A DNA stretch of 64,000 bases from Opitutales bacterium (GCA_024407725.1 JAKSVZ010000003.1:4732-68731), one strand, 5' to 3'. Shown: positions 29,879-39,488, counted from the first letter of the stretch. Notes: a model not told the origin generated them from the letters alone. Made by a program: numbers and translations.

Positions 29879-31048
29879 TTAAGCTTTAGGATTGGAATCC
29901 TTGAGCTCAGCATCGAGCGCCATTTTTTCTGTCGAGGTTAACAGAAGGGATTCGAGCCAATCCACAATGGTTTGCATGGAGCGGCTGGATAGGAGCTGTT
30001 TTAGGGTGTTGGCGTCTTCTAAAAAGCTTGTGCGGCTTTGCTCGGCTTTGGACAAAAACGATTCCATTTGATGAGCCACCGTAAGCGCTTGATTGGGGGT
30101 ATCCTGCAAAACTTCTGGATAGAGCGGCTTATTGAGGAGAATATTTGCCATGGATAAATAGCGTACCTTGGCGAGGCGTTTTCCGATAAAAAAGGTAATG
30201 GGATTGGCTCGGTAGGTAATTACTCCTGGAATACCCGCCAAGGCTACTTGTAGGGATGCCGTTCCTGAGGACATAATCGCGCTGCAAACACCGGTGTTGA
30301 ATTCTGCTAAGGGGCATAGGTCGATTCCAGCCAGTTCCTGAGTGCTCAAATACTGTTGAATTGCTTGATTGGGATAAGGAATGATGGCGCGCAGTTGGGG
30401 ATGGTGCTTCCTTAATTCACTCACAGCCGCTTTCAGAATGGGGGTTATCTGCTTAACGGCTCCTAAACGGCTTCCGGGGAGTAGCAACAGAGGGCCGTTT
30501 GGGTCGTATCTAAAGGGATTGGGTTGGTTCAACAGTGGATGTCCGACAAACCGTACGTCAAGCGAGGTATCGGCAAAACACGTTGGCTCAAAGGGGAAAA
30601 TGGTACCGAGGTGATTGAAATAACGTTCCATTTTAAAGCGCCGATGGGTATTCCAAGCCCAAATTTGAGGCGAAATATAGCCAAAAATGCGTGTGGTTCC
30701 ACCATGCGGGTAGGTTAACTTTTCTTGGCAAAGGAGCTTGGCTAATGTTAGATTAAAGCCAGGGAAATCGACCAAACAAATGATTTTCGGTTGATAAGCC
30801 CGCACCCATTCGACCGTCCAATGCATGAGGCGCATAAAGGATGAATAGCGGCGAATAACCTCGATTAGGCCGACAGCAGACCAATGGGTTAGGTCGAACA
30901 ATAGATGGGCGCCTGCTTGGCGTAACGCAGGGCCTCCAATTGCACAAATAGATAACTGGGGATGGCGCTTTTTGAGCATTTGAACCCATGAGGCGGCATG
31001 GTTATCGCCTGAATGTTCTCCTGCAATAATGAGTAGGTCGACTCCCAT
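29879..31048 (-). CDS. lpxB: Lipid-A-disaccharide synthase
   Basis: The N-terminal IIAGEHSGDNHAA motif and GT-B architecture. I chose the ATG at 31048; the track starts at the GTG at 31060. Confidence 0.9.
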   Translation of the reverse strand: MGVDLLIIAGEHSGDNHAASWVQMLKKRHPQLSICAIGGPALRQAGAHLLFDLTHWSAVGLIEVIRRYSSFMRLMHWTVEWVRAYQPKIICLVDFPGFNLTLAKLLCQEKLTYPHGGTTRIFGYISPQIWAWNTHRRFKMERYFNHLGTIFPFEPTCFADTSLDVRFVGHPLLNQPNPFRYDPNGPLLLLPGSRLGAVKQITPILKAAVSELRKHHPQLRAIIPYPNQAIQQYLSTQELAGIDLCPLAEFNTGVCSAIMSSGTASLQVALAGIPGVITYRANPITFFIGKRLAKVRYLSMANILLNKPLYPEVLQDTPNQALTVAHQMESFLSKAEQSRTSFLEDANTLKQLLSSRSMQTIVDWLESLLLTSTEKMALDAELKDSNPKA

Positions 31049-31052
31049 GGTA

Positions 31053-31985
31053 TTACGCACTTAAGGCGTTGTTGTGAATTTGATGCGTAATGCTTAACGC
31101 AACCTCCAATGCCGAACGCGCTAAGTACCCATCCACTGCCGGCTGATGAGCTTTTAGGATGCAATCGACAAACGAATTTAATTCAACCCGCAGGGGTTCC
31201 GCCTTATGAAAGGGAATTTCTTCGTTTAAAATTTGACCATTTTCCTTCCACATACGATGGCCGCGCTGTTCCATAAAATCCATCGATAGATAGCCTTCCG
31301 GTTGAAAAATGCGAATAGTACGTTCTTTCTTGGCGCTCACCCGAGAGGTATTGAAATTAGCAATGCATCCATTTTCAAAGCGAATGCGGGCGTTAGCGAT
31401 ATCTTCCACATTTTTCGACATCACATTAACCCCAATGGCCTCAATCGATTGAATGGGTGACTTGACCAGCTGGAGGACAATGCCTAAGTCGTGAATCATT
31501 AGATCTAAGGTTACGCCTACATCCGTATTGCGGTTGGGGAACGGTGCTAGGCGGTCAGCAACAATGTACTTTGGTTTTTGAATGTGAGTGGTTAGAAAAT
31601 TGTAAACAGGATTGTAATGCTCAACATGCCCTACCTGCAAATAGCACTGGTGTTTTTGAGCGGTTTGAATCATCTGTTCGGCTTCTTTAAGGTTCGTGCA
31701 CAGCGGTTTTTCGACCAACAGATGGCATCCCTGTTCTAACAGAGGAATGGCAACCGATGCGTGCGTAGAAGTTGGAGTAACCACGCTGAGTGCATCGCAC
31801 TGTTGAGCTAAGGCTTCTGCCGTTGGAAATACCGAACAATGATAGAGCTTGGCAATTTCTTCAGCGCGTTGAGGGTTGCTGTCGACAACGCCTACCAGCT
31901 GTACGGATTCTATTTCGGAATAAATGCGAGCGTGATGAGCTCCTAAATAGCCTACGCCTATGACGCCACAGTTAATTTTGTTCAT
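31053..31985 (-). CDS. Gfo/Idh/MocA family NAD(P)-dependent oxidoreductase
   Basis: An N-terminal Rossmann motif ([16 protein letters not shown]), an EKP motif (LLVEKPL) and a C-terminal alpha/beta domain. It lies between lolD and lpxB. The preferred start is MNKIN.. at 31985. Confidence 0.8.
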   Translation of the reverse strand: MNKINCGVIGVGYLGAHHARIYSEIESVQLVGVVDSNPQRAEEIAKLYHCSVFPTAEALAQQCDALSVVTPTSTHASVAIPLLEQGCHLLVEKPLCTNLKEAEQMIQTAQKHQCYLQVGHVEHYNPVYNFLTTHIQKPKYIVADRLAPFPNRNTDVGVTLDLMIHDLGIVLQLVKSPIQSIEAIGVNVMSKNVEDIANARIRFENGCIANFNTSRVSAKKERTIRIFQPEGYLSMDFMEQRGHRMWKENGQILNEEIPFHKAEPLRVELNSFVDCILKAHQPAVDGYLARSALEVALSITHQIHNNALSA

Positions 31986-32634
31986 ACAAGTGCCCATCTT
32001 TTAATTCAAATTGTCGGTTGGTTTGTTGTGCAAAGGTAGCATTATGAGTTACTAAGATTAAACCGGTTTTCACCGTAGCGCAAATCTGTAAAAGCAACGC
32101 CATTACCTGCGCGCCGGTAGCTTCGTCTAAACTTCCGGTAGGTTCGTCCGCCAACAACAGTTGGGGTTGCGTAATGAGTGCGCGCGCAATGGCAACCCGT
32201 TGCTGTTCCCCTCCCGATAAACGGCTAGGGGCAGCATTAAGTAGCGGTTGTAACCCTAGGGTTCCTAAAAGCGTTTCGGTATAGCTTGAGTCAGGTTTAG
32301 AGGCGCTTGGATTTAAACGCGTGGCGATAAAAATATTTTCAGCTACTGTTAATTCTTGAATAAGGTGATAATGCTGAAACACATAGCTAATGCTGGGAAT
32401 ATAACGATAGCGTCCTGCCACGATACGTTGCCCGTTGAATTCAATCGTACCGCTTTGGACAGGCTCCAGCCCCCCTAATGCAAACAACAGGGTGGATTTT
32501 CCGGAGCCCGATTGGCCGCAAATAGCAATACTTTCGTGAGCCGCTAACGAAAAACTCACTCCTTGCCACAGCATAGCGGGAGGCGTAAAGCTTTTCGACA
32601 GCTGATTTACCTGAAGGATGGGTTGAGCGACCAT
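31972..32634 (-). CDS. lolD: Lipoprotein-releasing system ATP-binding protein LolD-like
   Basis: Walker [11 protein letters not shown], signature [15 protein letters not shown], Walker [12 protein letters not shown]. It lies immediately downstream of a LolC/E-type permease gene. Confidence 0.8.
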   Translation of the reverse strand: MVAQPILQVNQLSKSFTPPAMLWQGVSFSLAAHESIAICGQSGSGKSTLLFALGGLEPVQSGTIEFNGQRIVAGRYRYIPSISYVFQHYHLIQELTVAENIFIATRLNPSASKPDSSYTETLLGTLGLQPLLNAAPSRLSGGEQQRVAIARALITQPQLLLADEPTGSLDEATGAQVMALLLQICATVKTGLILVTHNATFAQQTNRQFELKDGHLYEQN

Positions 32635-32637
32635 AGA

Positions 32638-33870
32638 TTATTCTCCGCGTAGATGCTGCATGATGGGCAAGCGTTTTAGATGGATAATGGGGAAGAGACT
32701 CGCTCCAAAGGTTACCAGAAAGGCAAAAAAGGTGATAGCTGCAAAATCTTGTAGGGAGTAAGCAACCGGCAGGGTCTCGACCGAATAAAAATCCCATAAG
32801 GCATTTTCAGGCAAAAACCATCCGGTCAGTAAGTGCACAATGGTGTTACGATAGGACAGAACCCCATAAGCACATAAAAATCCCAAAACCGTGCCTAAGG
32901 CGCCCAACAGCATACTTTGAACGCTAAAGATGAGGGCAATATCCCATTGGGTGGCTCCTAGGGTTTGCAGCAGCGCAATTTCCCGTTGTTTACGGACAAC
33001 GGTGGTCATCAGTCCGCTGCTCATCGAAAACGCTGCTACAATAATGACGAACAGCAGGACAAAGAAGCACATCGCTTTTTCCATTCGCAAAATATACAGA
33101 AAATCTTTATTGAGCGTATGCCAGGTATAGGCGGTTAATGAGGGAGGTAAAATGGCATTAAGGGCAGTACAGGCTTCTGAGATATGCTTGCGGTCTACTT
33201 CAACGCTGTATCCATGGACTTGATTCCCTAAGCCATACAGCTCTTGAAGCAAGGGCAATGGGAGCAACAGCGTATCCCGATCGATATCCGCCCAACCGGT
33301 TTTGAAAATCCCCACAATAGGGACTTCTTGGGGCAAAATTAATTCTTCCTGCTTGATGGCTTCGAGCGACATGGGGGAATAGAGATCGACGGTATCGCCA
33401 ATGTGAAAATCAAATTCTTTCGCTAAAGCAGCGCTAACAAAGGCTCCTTTAGCTAGATCAGCCAAATTGCCTTGTTCTACAAATTTCTGGAGCGGCAATA
33501 CGTGCTGAACGCTTTGTGGATCAAATCCAATGCATTTTGGGAAAGCAATGCGATTAAAGTGCTGCAAGAGGGTTATACCCTGAGCAAAGGGGGTTACGGC
33601 TTTGACATAGGCTGCCTTTTTAAGACTTTCCTTAAAGCTATCGGAGTTGGGCATCAAAGCAGGCGATAGGATTTTGATAGGGCCGTTGATTTGAATGAGT
33701 TTTTGGGCGATGTTCTCATCGAACCCATTCATGATGCTGAGCACGACTGTTAAGAGGGTTACTCCTGCCAAAATACCCGCTGTGGATATCCAAGTAAAAA
33801 AGGTACCAAAGCGTTTTTGGGGGAACAGGTAACGAAATGCTAGGTATAAAATCCAAGTCCGTTTTTTCAT
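32638..33870 (-). CDS. lolC: LolC/LolE family lipoprotein-release permease (FtsX-like/MacB-type)
   Basis: 410 aa. TM1 is followed by a large periplasmic domain, then an FtsX-type C-terminal 3-TM bundle (..REIALLQTLGAT...I..IF..). Confidence 0.8.
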   Translation of the reverse strand: MKKRTWILYLAFRYLFPQKRFGTFFTWISTAGILAGVTLLTVVLSIMNGFDENIAQKLIQINGPIKILSPALMPNSDSFKESLKKAAYVKAVTPFAQGITLLQHFNRIAFPKCIGFDPQSVQHVLPLQKFVEQGNLADLAKGAFVSAALAKEFDFHIGDTVDLYSPMSLEAIKQEELILPQEVPIVGIFKTGWADIDRDTLLLPLPLLQELYGLGNQVHGYSVEVDRKHISEACTALNAILPPSLTAYTWHTLNKDFLYILRMEKAMCFFVLLFVIIVAAFSMSSGLMTTVVRKQREIALLQTLGATQWDIALIFSVQSMLLGALGTVLGFLCAYGVLSYRNTIVHLLTGWFLPENALWDFYSVETLPVAYSLQDFAAITFFAFLVTFGASLFPIIHLKRLPIMQHLRGE

Positions 33871-33931
33871 CGCTATCCCTTTAAGCCTGACTTAAAACCC
33901 CACCCCCATGGAGGTTTTTGGAACGCCCTTA

Positions 33932-35077
33932 TTATAAGCGTAAGGGCATGATCACGCCCAAAAAGTTATCGTTGGTTTTAATAACCCCAGGGCTTAAGGT
34001 GTCGCTAAATTCAAACACCACCTTGTCGTCTTGAATAGCCTTCAAAGGATCCATTAAAAACTTCGAATTAAACGAAATTGCCAATGGAGCATCTTTGTAA
34101 TCAATGGTCATGCTTTCGTGAGCTTCGCCCAAATCAGCACTTGAGGCCGATATTTCCAACGTATCTTCATTGAATTGCAGTTTGATGGTATTGCTTTCTA
34201 AGCTGGATACCAAAGCAGCGCGTTGAATACATTCCAATAATAAGGCGCGTTCTAATTGTACATGATGATTCGAGCTTTTCGGAATCACTTGTTGGTAATT
34301 GGGGAATTTGCCTTCGATGATTTTGGATACCAACAGGATGCTGTTGCCCAGTCCGTTTTCACGAGCGCTCTCTTCCAAAACCAATTCAAACGCTACTTGT
34401 TTGTCTTGATACGACACCTTGATGGATGACGGATGCTGAAGCAGGCGCTCCAATTCCGTTACGGTTTGGTAAGGTAAGATGAAACTTTTATCCGTCAACT
34501 CATTCGCTGCACTTGCTTCAATCGGGCATTGCATTAAGCTTAAACGGCGACTATCGGTCGCTACCAATTGCAACGCAGGACCTTCGGCTTCTTGAGAAAA
34601 GGTAAAGTAAACGCCGTTCAAAAAGTAACGATTTTGTTCAATGGATTGAGCATACGAAACGTGTCTCAATAAGGAACGCAATTTTTGTTGATGAATCGTG
34701 AACGTAGGTTGTTGGCCGCATTTAGGCAAATCGGGAAATGCTTTATCTTCCATTCCCATAATGCGGAAGCGGGAACGACCACAGGTGATTTTTGCCTGTT
34801 CGTTGGCACTATCCACTTCTACCATTCCCTCTGGCAAAGCTTTAACAATGGCTGCCAACTTACGGGCAGGTAACGTTAATGTGCCGGGGGTTTGTACCGT
34901 TGCGGTTACGGTACAGCGAATTCCAATATCTAGGTTTGTGGTGGTTAGCTCTAATGCATTATCTTGAGCTTTTATAAGCACATTGGACAAAACAGGAAGC
35001 GCTGCACGGGTTCCAACAATGTTCAGAACTTGCGTAAGTCCATTTACAAAAGCATTTTTTTCGATTTGGAATTTCAT
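33932..35077 (-). CDS. dnaN: DNA polymerase III beta sliding clamp
   Basis: 381 aa with three-domain clamp architecture: N-terminal MKFQIEKNAF...L..V, LP.RK, and C-terminal ..GVIMPLRL. I chose the ATG at 35077. No dnaA gene lies upstream. Confidence 0.9.
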   Translation of the reverse strand: MKFQIEKNAFVNGLTQVLNIVGTRAALPVLSNVLIKAQDNALELTTTNLDIGIRCTVTATVQTPGTLTLPARKLAAIVKALPEGMVEVDSANEQAKITCGRSRFRIMGMEDKAFPDLPKCGQQPTFTIHQQKLRSLLRHVSYAQSIEQNRYFLNGVYFTFSQEAEGPALQLVATDSRRLSLMQCPIEASAANELTDKSFILPYQTVTELERLLQHPSSIKVSYQDKQVAFELVLEESARENGLGNSILLVSKIIEGKFPNYQQVIPKSSNHHVQLERALLLECIQRAALVSSLESNTIKLQFNEDTLEISASSADLGEAHESMTIDYKDAPLAISFNSKFLMDPLKAIQDDKVVFEFSDTLSPGVIKTNDNFLGVIMPLRL

Positions 35078-35150
35078 CACTACAAAAATAACTTTTTACC
35101 CTCAAAATTGGCAAGATTTTTTGTTTTCAAAAAAAGACTGGTTTTTGTGG

Positions 35151-36182
35151 CTATTTGTGAGACAAAAAGCAGGTTTTTAGGCATTGATAAAAATACCTTA
35201 AGCCTTTGGTAGATGTATCGTTCAACGTAAAATCGTAATTAATGCAGGTGTTCATAACCGATGCCAATCCTGATTGTCGGCAAGCTTGACACGCCGGATG
35301 TTGGTCGCGCGCTTCGGTTAATGAACTAAGCGTATGGTCAAAGATAGACCCAACCGTTGTTCCGTTCATGCAACACAAGGAACATTTCCCCTGTACGTCC
35401 AAATACGTACGGTTGAGCATGGGGCAGCTTGTGCTGGGTTTGAAATAAGGGTCATAATAATCCATGAACAAATCATCCGCTGCTTGTTGGCGATAATCTG
35501 CTTCTAACGTTCCTTGGAAATAACGAGCTACCCTTGCGCCATCGTTGATGTAAGCATAGTAGGGATGAAACGCGATTCCAAGGGATTGCGCAAACGCTTG
35601 AGCAGGTGCGATTTCCTCTTGATTAAAACGGTACACATGAAAACGGATATCAAAAATGCCAAAAAACCCATGGCTTCGGAAATCCTGCACCAAGCGCTGA
35701 ATATTTGCCTTGATATGCTCGAAATCGAAGCGGTGGATCTTATCGTACGATGCTTGGCTAAACCCAGGCATGGAGATGTACACAACCGCGATATGGCTAG
35801 CGTCAAAGTTGTTAGGCAATTTAGGTAAGTAGTTAGCATTCGTGCTTAATCCCAACAAACACTGTTCTTGGGTGGCGATGCGAACGAGCGTTGCAAATTC
35901 AGGATGCAGGAGGGGTTCTCCCCAAGAATAAAGGTTGAGCAAGGTACCGGCGGTTAGAAAGCGCTGAGCTTTTAAATACTGGACGATGCGTGTAAATAAC
36001 TCAACCGATATAAACGGATTTTCTTTGCACCCTGAACCGTTGCGGTTATTGAATCCCGTTTGGCAATAAGCACACTGAGCGTTACAGATAGCACTGATTT
36101 CTAAAATAACGGAACGCCCCGTCTTGTGAGTTTGATAGGATAAAAAACGCTTAGCTGCTTTAAGGGCTTTTAAGCACTGCAT
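35151..36182 (-). CDS. Radical SAM enzyme with Cys-rich C-terminal (SPASM/twitch-like) domain, paralog 1 of 3
   Basis: 343 aa. CX3CX2C motif as ICNAQCAYC, then WGEPLLHP, STNAN, PGFSQASYDKIHRFDFEHIK. C-terminal Cys set: CPMLNRTYLDVQGKCSLCC ... CQAC ... LKTC. Confidence 0.8.
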   Translation of the reverse strand: MQCLKALKAAKRFLSYQTHKTGRSVILEISAICNAQCAYCQTGFNNRNGSGCKENPFISVELFTRIVQYLKAQRFLTAGTLLNLYSWGEPLLHPEFATLVRIATQEQCLLGLSTNANYLPKLPNNFDASHIAVVYISMPGFSQASYDKIHRFDFEHIKANIQRLVQDFRSHGFFGIFDIRFHVYRFNQEEIAPAQAFAQSLGIAFHPYYAYINDGARVARYFQGTLEADYRQQAADDLFMDYYDPYFKPSTSCPMLNRTYLDVQGKCSLCCMNGTTVGSIFDHTLSSLTEARDQHPACQACRQSGLASVMNTCINYDFTLNDTSTKGLRYFYQCLKTCFLSHK

Positions 36183-36209
36183 ACCGTTGGGTTTATGAAC
36201 ATTAAGGAT

Positions 36210-37268
36210 TTAAGGCTTTGCGTTTTCAGCTTTGGGCGATTGCAAACAGGTTTTGGCAAACGCTTTTAAATAGGTAAAGTTAATGCGTTTAAATTGTGCA
36301 AACCCTTGGAGTGGGAAATTTAAATCGTCCGCCAATTCCCAATTAGCCTTTCCTAACGCCATACATTCTTTACAAACCGGATGCTCTTGATGGATGCGAT
36401 CCCAGCGCTCGGGGGTCATTTCAAACACATTACCCAACAACGTGTCGTCATTACAACACATGCGGCAGTTGCCATCCACATCAACCGTTAGGTTTTTGGC
36501 AACGGGACAGAAGGTTGAAGGTTTTAAATTCTTCATATAGAACCCCATAAAAAGATCCTTAGAAACATTCATCAGATAATCATTGGGGAGCGTGCCTTTT
36601 AGATATTGCAAATGCCTTGGTCCATCGCAAATAAAGGCAAAATAAGGCCATAGATCAATGGCTAACGACCGCGCAAATGCTTTGGCAGCCTGAATCTCAT
36701 GCGTATTGAATTGGTATACGTGAAATGCAATAACAAAGCGCCCAAAACAGCCATGTTGGCGAAAGGTTTTTACAATTTGAGCAATGTTGCGCTTGATATG
36801 CTCGAAATCGAAGCGGTGGATTTTGTCGTATGATGCTTGGCTAAACCCAGGCATGGAAAAAATAGTCATGGCAATCGGGCTTGCATCAAAATCAGGTGAA
36901 ATTTTAGGCAAAACGTTAGCATTGGTGCTCAATTCAACGCAATAGCTAGCCTGTTGAGCGGCTTTAATAATGGCTGGAAAATCAGGATGCAATAACGGTT
37001 CGTGCCAATTGTGCAACGTTACTAAGGACCGCCCTTTTACAAAGGAACTTTTTTTGGCATACGCTAGAATCTGCTTAAAACGTTCAACCTCCATGAATGA
37101 GGTACCCGGATGGGTTATATGATTACGGTTTTCCCAGCCCGTTTGGCAATAGTAACATTGGGCGTTACAAACATTACTGATTTCAACCAAGATTGATTTA
37201 CGATGCCGATTTGCTTTGTAGGCAGCAAAACGGGTAAGGGCTTTCAGCGCTCGTAGAAATTGGGTCAT
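36210..37268 (-). CDS. Radical SAM enzyme with Cys-rich C-terminal (SPASM/twitch-like) domain, paralog 2 of 3
   Basis: 352 aa. VCNAQCYYC, WHEPLLHP, STNAN, and an identical PGFSQASYDKIHRFDFEHIK block. C-terminal CPVAKNLTVDVDGNCRMCC ... CKEC ... AKTC. Confidence 0.8.
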   Translation of the reverse strand: MTQFLRALKALTRFAAYKANRHRKSILVEISNVCNAQCYYCQTGWENRNHITHPGTSFMEVERFKQILAYAKKSSFVKGRSLVTLHNWHEPLLHPDFPAIIKAAQQASYCVELSTNANVLPKISPDFDASPIAMTIFSMPGFSQASYDKIHRFDFEHIKRNIAQIVKTFRQHGCFGRFVIAFHVYQFNTHEIQAAKAFARSLAIDLWPYFAFICDGPRHLQYLKGTLPNDYLMNVSKDLFMGFYMKNLKPSTFCPVAKNLTVDVDGNCRMCCNDDTLLGNVFEMTPERWDRIHQEHPVCKECMALGKANWELADDLNFPLQGFAQFKRINFTYLKAFAKTCLQSPKAENAKP

Positions 37269-37272
37269 AACG

Positions 37273-38307
37273 CTAACGTAAACATTGTTTTAATACTTCC
37301 AAAAACCATTGCCGTCGCCAATTGTAATGAGGAGGATAAAAATCACAGTAGGCATTATCGCGATTAGGCAACCCTAGCGCTAGGCATTCCTTACAAAAAT
37401 CGTAGCCTTCGTGCCATTTGCGTAATTTTTCTGGTGTTACTTCGAATACGGAGCCTAGGGAATCTGTTGTATTACAACAGGTAATAACGTTACCTTGGCT
37501 ATCGATAGCCAATCCGTTGTTATACCATGGACAGGTTGATTGTGGACCTTTGAGATTGAGCGTTAATCCCATGAATAAATCACGCGAGATGTTGGTTAAA
37601 AAATCCATGGGTAGCTCTTGTTTCAAGTATTTTGCAACATCCTTGAAGCTACATAAAGTGGCAAAATACGGTTGGCAATCGATATGAAGGGAGCGGGCAA
37701 ATTCGTAGGCTGCTGGCAGCTCATGAATATTCGATTGATAGACATGAAAAGCAATTTTGAAATGCCCAATGCATCCATGTTTGCGGAAAGTATGTACGAG
37801 GGTTGTAATATTGTGCTTAATGCGTTCAAAGTCAAATTTATGGATTTTGTCGTACGATGCTTGGCTGAATCCAGGCAAGGAAAACCAAACAATATAAATG
37901 CGGCTTGCATCAAAATCATTGGGGATTTTGGGGAGCACGTTTGCGTTGGTAGAGATATCTAGAGGACAATGAAATTGATTGGTAATGCGGATGATGGATG
38001 CAAATTCCGGATGTAACAGCGGTTCATGCCATACATAAGGTAGTAAACAGGTATGGGGTTGTAGCCACTGGGTGTCTTTCAAATGTTGAAGGATTTTTTG
38101 AAACAAATCAGTCGACATGAAGCTAGGAGCGCCTGATTGTCGGCAGCTAGGAGCACCCTTTCGATTGGCTAATCCAATGGGGCAATAATAGCACTGGGCG
38201 TTACAGACATTGCTAATATCGATTAAAATATCTTTGTTGGGAATCCGATGCTTTCGGTAATCAGCAAAGCGTCGAACGGATTGTAAGGTGCGTAGAAATT
38301 GAGTCAT
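37273..38307 (-). CDS. Radical SAM enzyme with Cys-rich C-terminal (SPASM/twitch-like) domain, paralog 3 of 3
   Basis: 344 aa. VCNAQCYYC, WHEPLLHP, STNAN, PGFSQASYDKIHKFDFERIK. C-terminal CPWYNNGLAIDSQGNVITCC ... CKEC ... LKQC. Only a 4-nt gap separates it from paralog 2. Confidence 0.8.
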   Translation of the reverse strand: MTQFLRTLQSVRRFADYRKHRIPNKDILIDISNVCNAQCYYCPIGLANRKGAPSCRQSGAPSFMSTDLFQKILQHLKDTQWLQPHTCLLPYVWHEPLLHPEFASIIRITNQFHCPLDISTNANVLPKIPNDFDASRIYIVWFSLPGFSQASYDKIHKFDFERIKHNITTLVHTFRKHGCIGHFKIAFHVYQSNIHELPAAYEFARSLHIDCQPYFATLCSFKDVAKYLKQELPMDFLTNISRDLFMGLTLNLKGPQSTCPWYNNGLAIDSQGNVITCCNTTDSLGSVFEVTPEKLRKWHEGYDFCKECLALGLPNRDNAYCDFYPPHYNWRRQWFLEVLKQCLR

Positions 38308-38403
38308 TTTGAATGAATTAACGGAAAATTATCAAAGATTAGGGTAAAGCGCGAGTTTTTTATCCTGAAGAAGTTATTGGAAGCATTTGCATGTTGAGGG
38401 GAT

Positions 38404-38694
38404 ATGGGATACAATAACTTTGTGGATCAGAATGCTATTGTTGATTTGTCGTCGAAAGCGATGAGCATTGTATTGTTGCTTTCTTTACCCTCTATTTTGT
38501 TGGCAACGTTTGTTGGGTTGGGTGTTAGTTTGCTCCAAGCGTTAACGCAGGTACAGGAACAAACGCTCAGTTTTGCGGTTCGTCTTATTTGCATTGCTTG
38601 CGTATTAGTATTGAGCGCCCATTGGATGGGAATTGAGATGGTTCGTTATTTGGAATCCATCTTTATGCTTATTAAGCAACCGTTTGGGCGATGA
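38404..38694 (+). CDS. sctS: Type III secretion export-apparatus protein SctS (YscS/FliQ family)
   Basis: 96 aa with two TM helices and the signature SLLQALTQVQEQTLSF. Confidence 0.8.
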   Translation: MGYNNFVDQNAIVDLSSKAMSIVLLLSLPSILLATFVGLGVSLLQALTQVQEQTLSFAVRLICIACVLVLSAHWMGIEMVRYLESIFMLIKQPFGR

Positions 38695-39488
38695 ACTTCG
38701 ATGCCCTAAAGCCATTGTTGGATTGGCTATTGATTTTAGGGATTAGTGGTAGCCGCATGTTCGGCTTTTGTTCGTTATCGGTGTTTTTCGCTTCGCAATA
38801 TTTATCAGGGACTGCACGGCGTGTGGTGACAGTAGCGTTTGCTATATTACTAATGCCTGCTGTGTATGTACAGGGATTAGCGGTGTTAAACGAAAGCCGT
38901 TGGTTGTTTATTTTAATTCTCTTCAAAGAAGCTTTGTTGGGAATGATTTTGGGGTGGTTGACCAATTTTTGGTTTTATGCGGCTCAAAGCGTCGGATTTA
39001 TTTTGGATACGCAACGCGGAGCATCCATGGCTAGTTTGTTTGACCCCTTATCCAATTCCCAAACCAGCCCCTTGGGTGACTTTTTGATCAAATTTACTAT
39101 GGTATTGGCGGTATGCTGTGGTGGGTTGTTTCTTATTTTGAAAGGCATTTATGTCACGTATGAATTATGCCCTATATTTACGTTCCCAACTGATTTAGGA
39201 AAGGCATGGATTCACTTCTTTAATCATGGAATGGGAACGGAATTGTTTAACCAAATTGCCTTATTGGGAGGTCCCGTTTTGTTCATTTTGTTCTTGGCGG
39301 AATTTGGATTGGGCTTGGTAACGCGCTTTGCCCCTCAGTTAAACGTGTTCTTTTTATCCATGCCGATTAAAAGTGAACTATCCATGTTCTTCTTTATCCT
39401 GTATTTATATTATTTAGCTCAATATTTTGCGGGGCGTTTTGATTGTCGTGCGGTCGTTTTACAATTTTTAAGGTTGTTGCATGAGTGA
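38691..39488 (+). CDS. sctT: Type III secretion export-apparatus protein SctT (YscT/FliR family)
   Basis: 265 aa and polytopic. It shows a family-typical pattern (R..G......P.F, ..E...G...G....) and position between sctS and sctU. There is an ATGA overlap with sctS. Confidence 0.8.
   Translation: MNFDALKPLLDWLLILGISGSRMFGFCSLSVFFASQYLSGTARRVVTVAFAILLMPAVYVQGLAVLNESRWLFILILFKEALLGMILGWLTNFWFYAAQSVGFILDTQRGASMASLFDPLSNSQTSPLGDFLIKFTMVLAVCCGGLFLILKGIYVTYELCPIFTFPTDLGKAWIHFFNHGMGTELFNQIALLGGPVLFILFLAEFGLGLVTRFAPQLNVFFLSMPIKSELSMFFFILYLYYLAQYFAGRFDCRAVVLQFLRLLHE

Noticed and set aside
35078-35150. Possible replication origin next to dnaN.
   Set aside because: No dnaA gene is present, and I saw no cluster of TTATCCACA-like boxes here or in 38308..38403. 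The region is just an A/T-rich 73-nt spacer. An origin cannot be supported from this window.
38308-38403. Search for a short precursor-peptide ORF in the rSAM/sctS divergent intergenic region and in the 27-nt and 4-nt gaps within the rSAM cluster.
   Set aside because: Only a 9-codon ORF (MQMLPITSSG) without an RBS is present, and the gaps are too short. No credible peptide gene was found.
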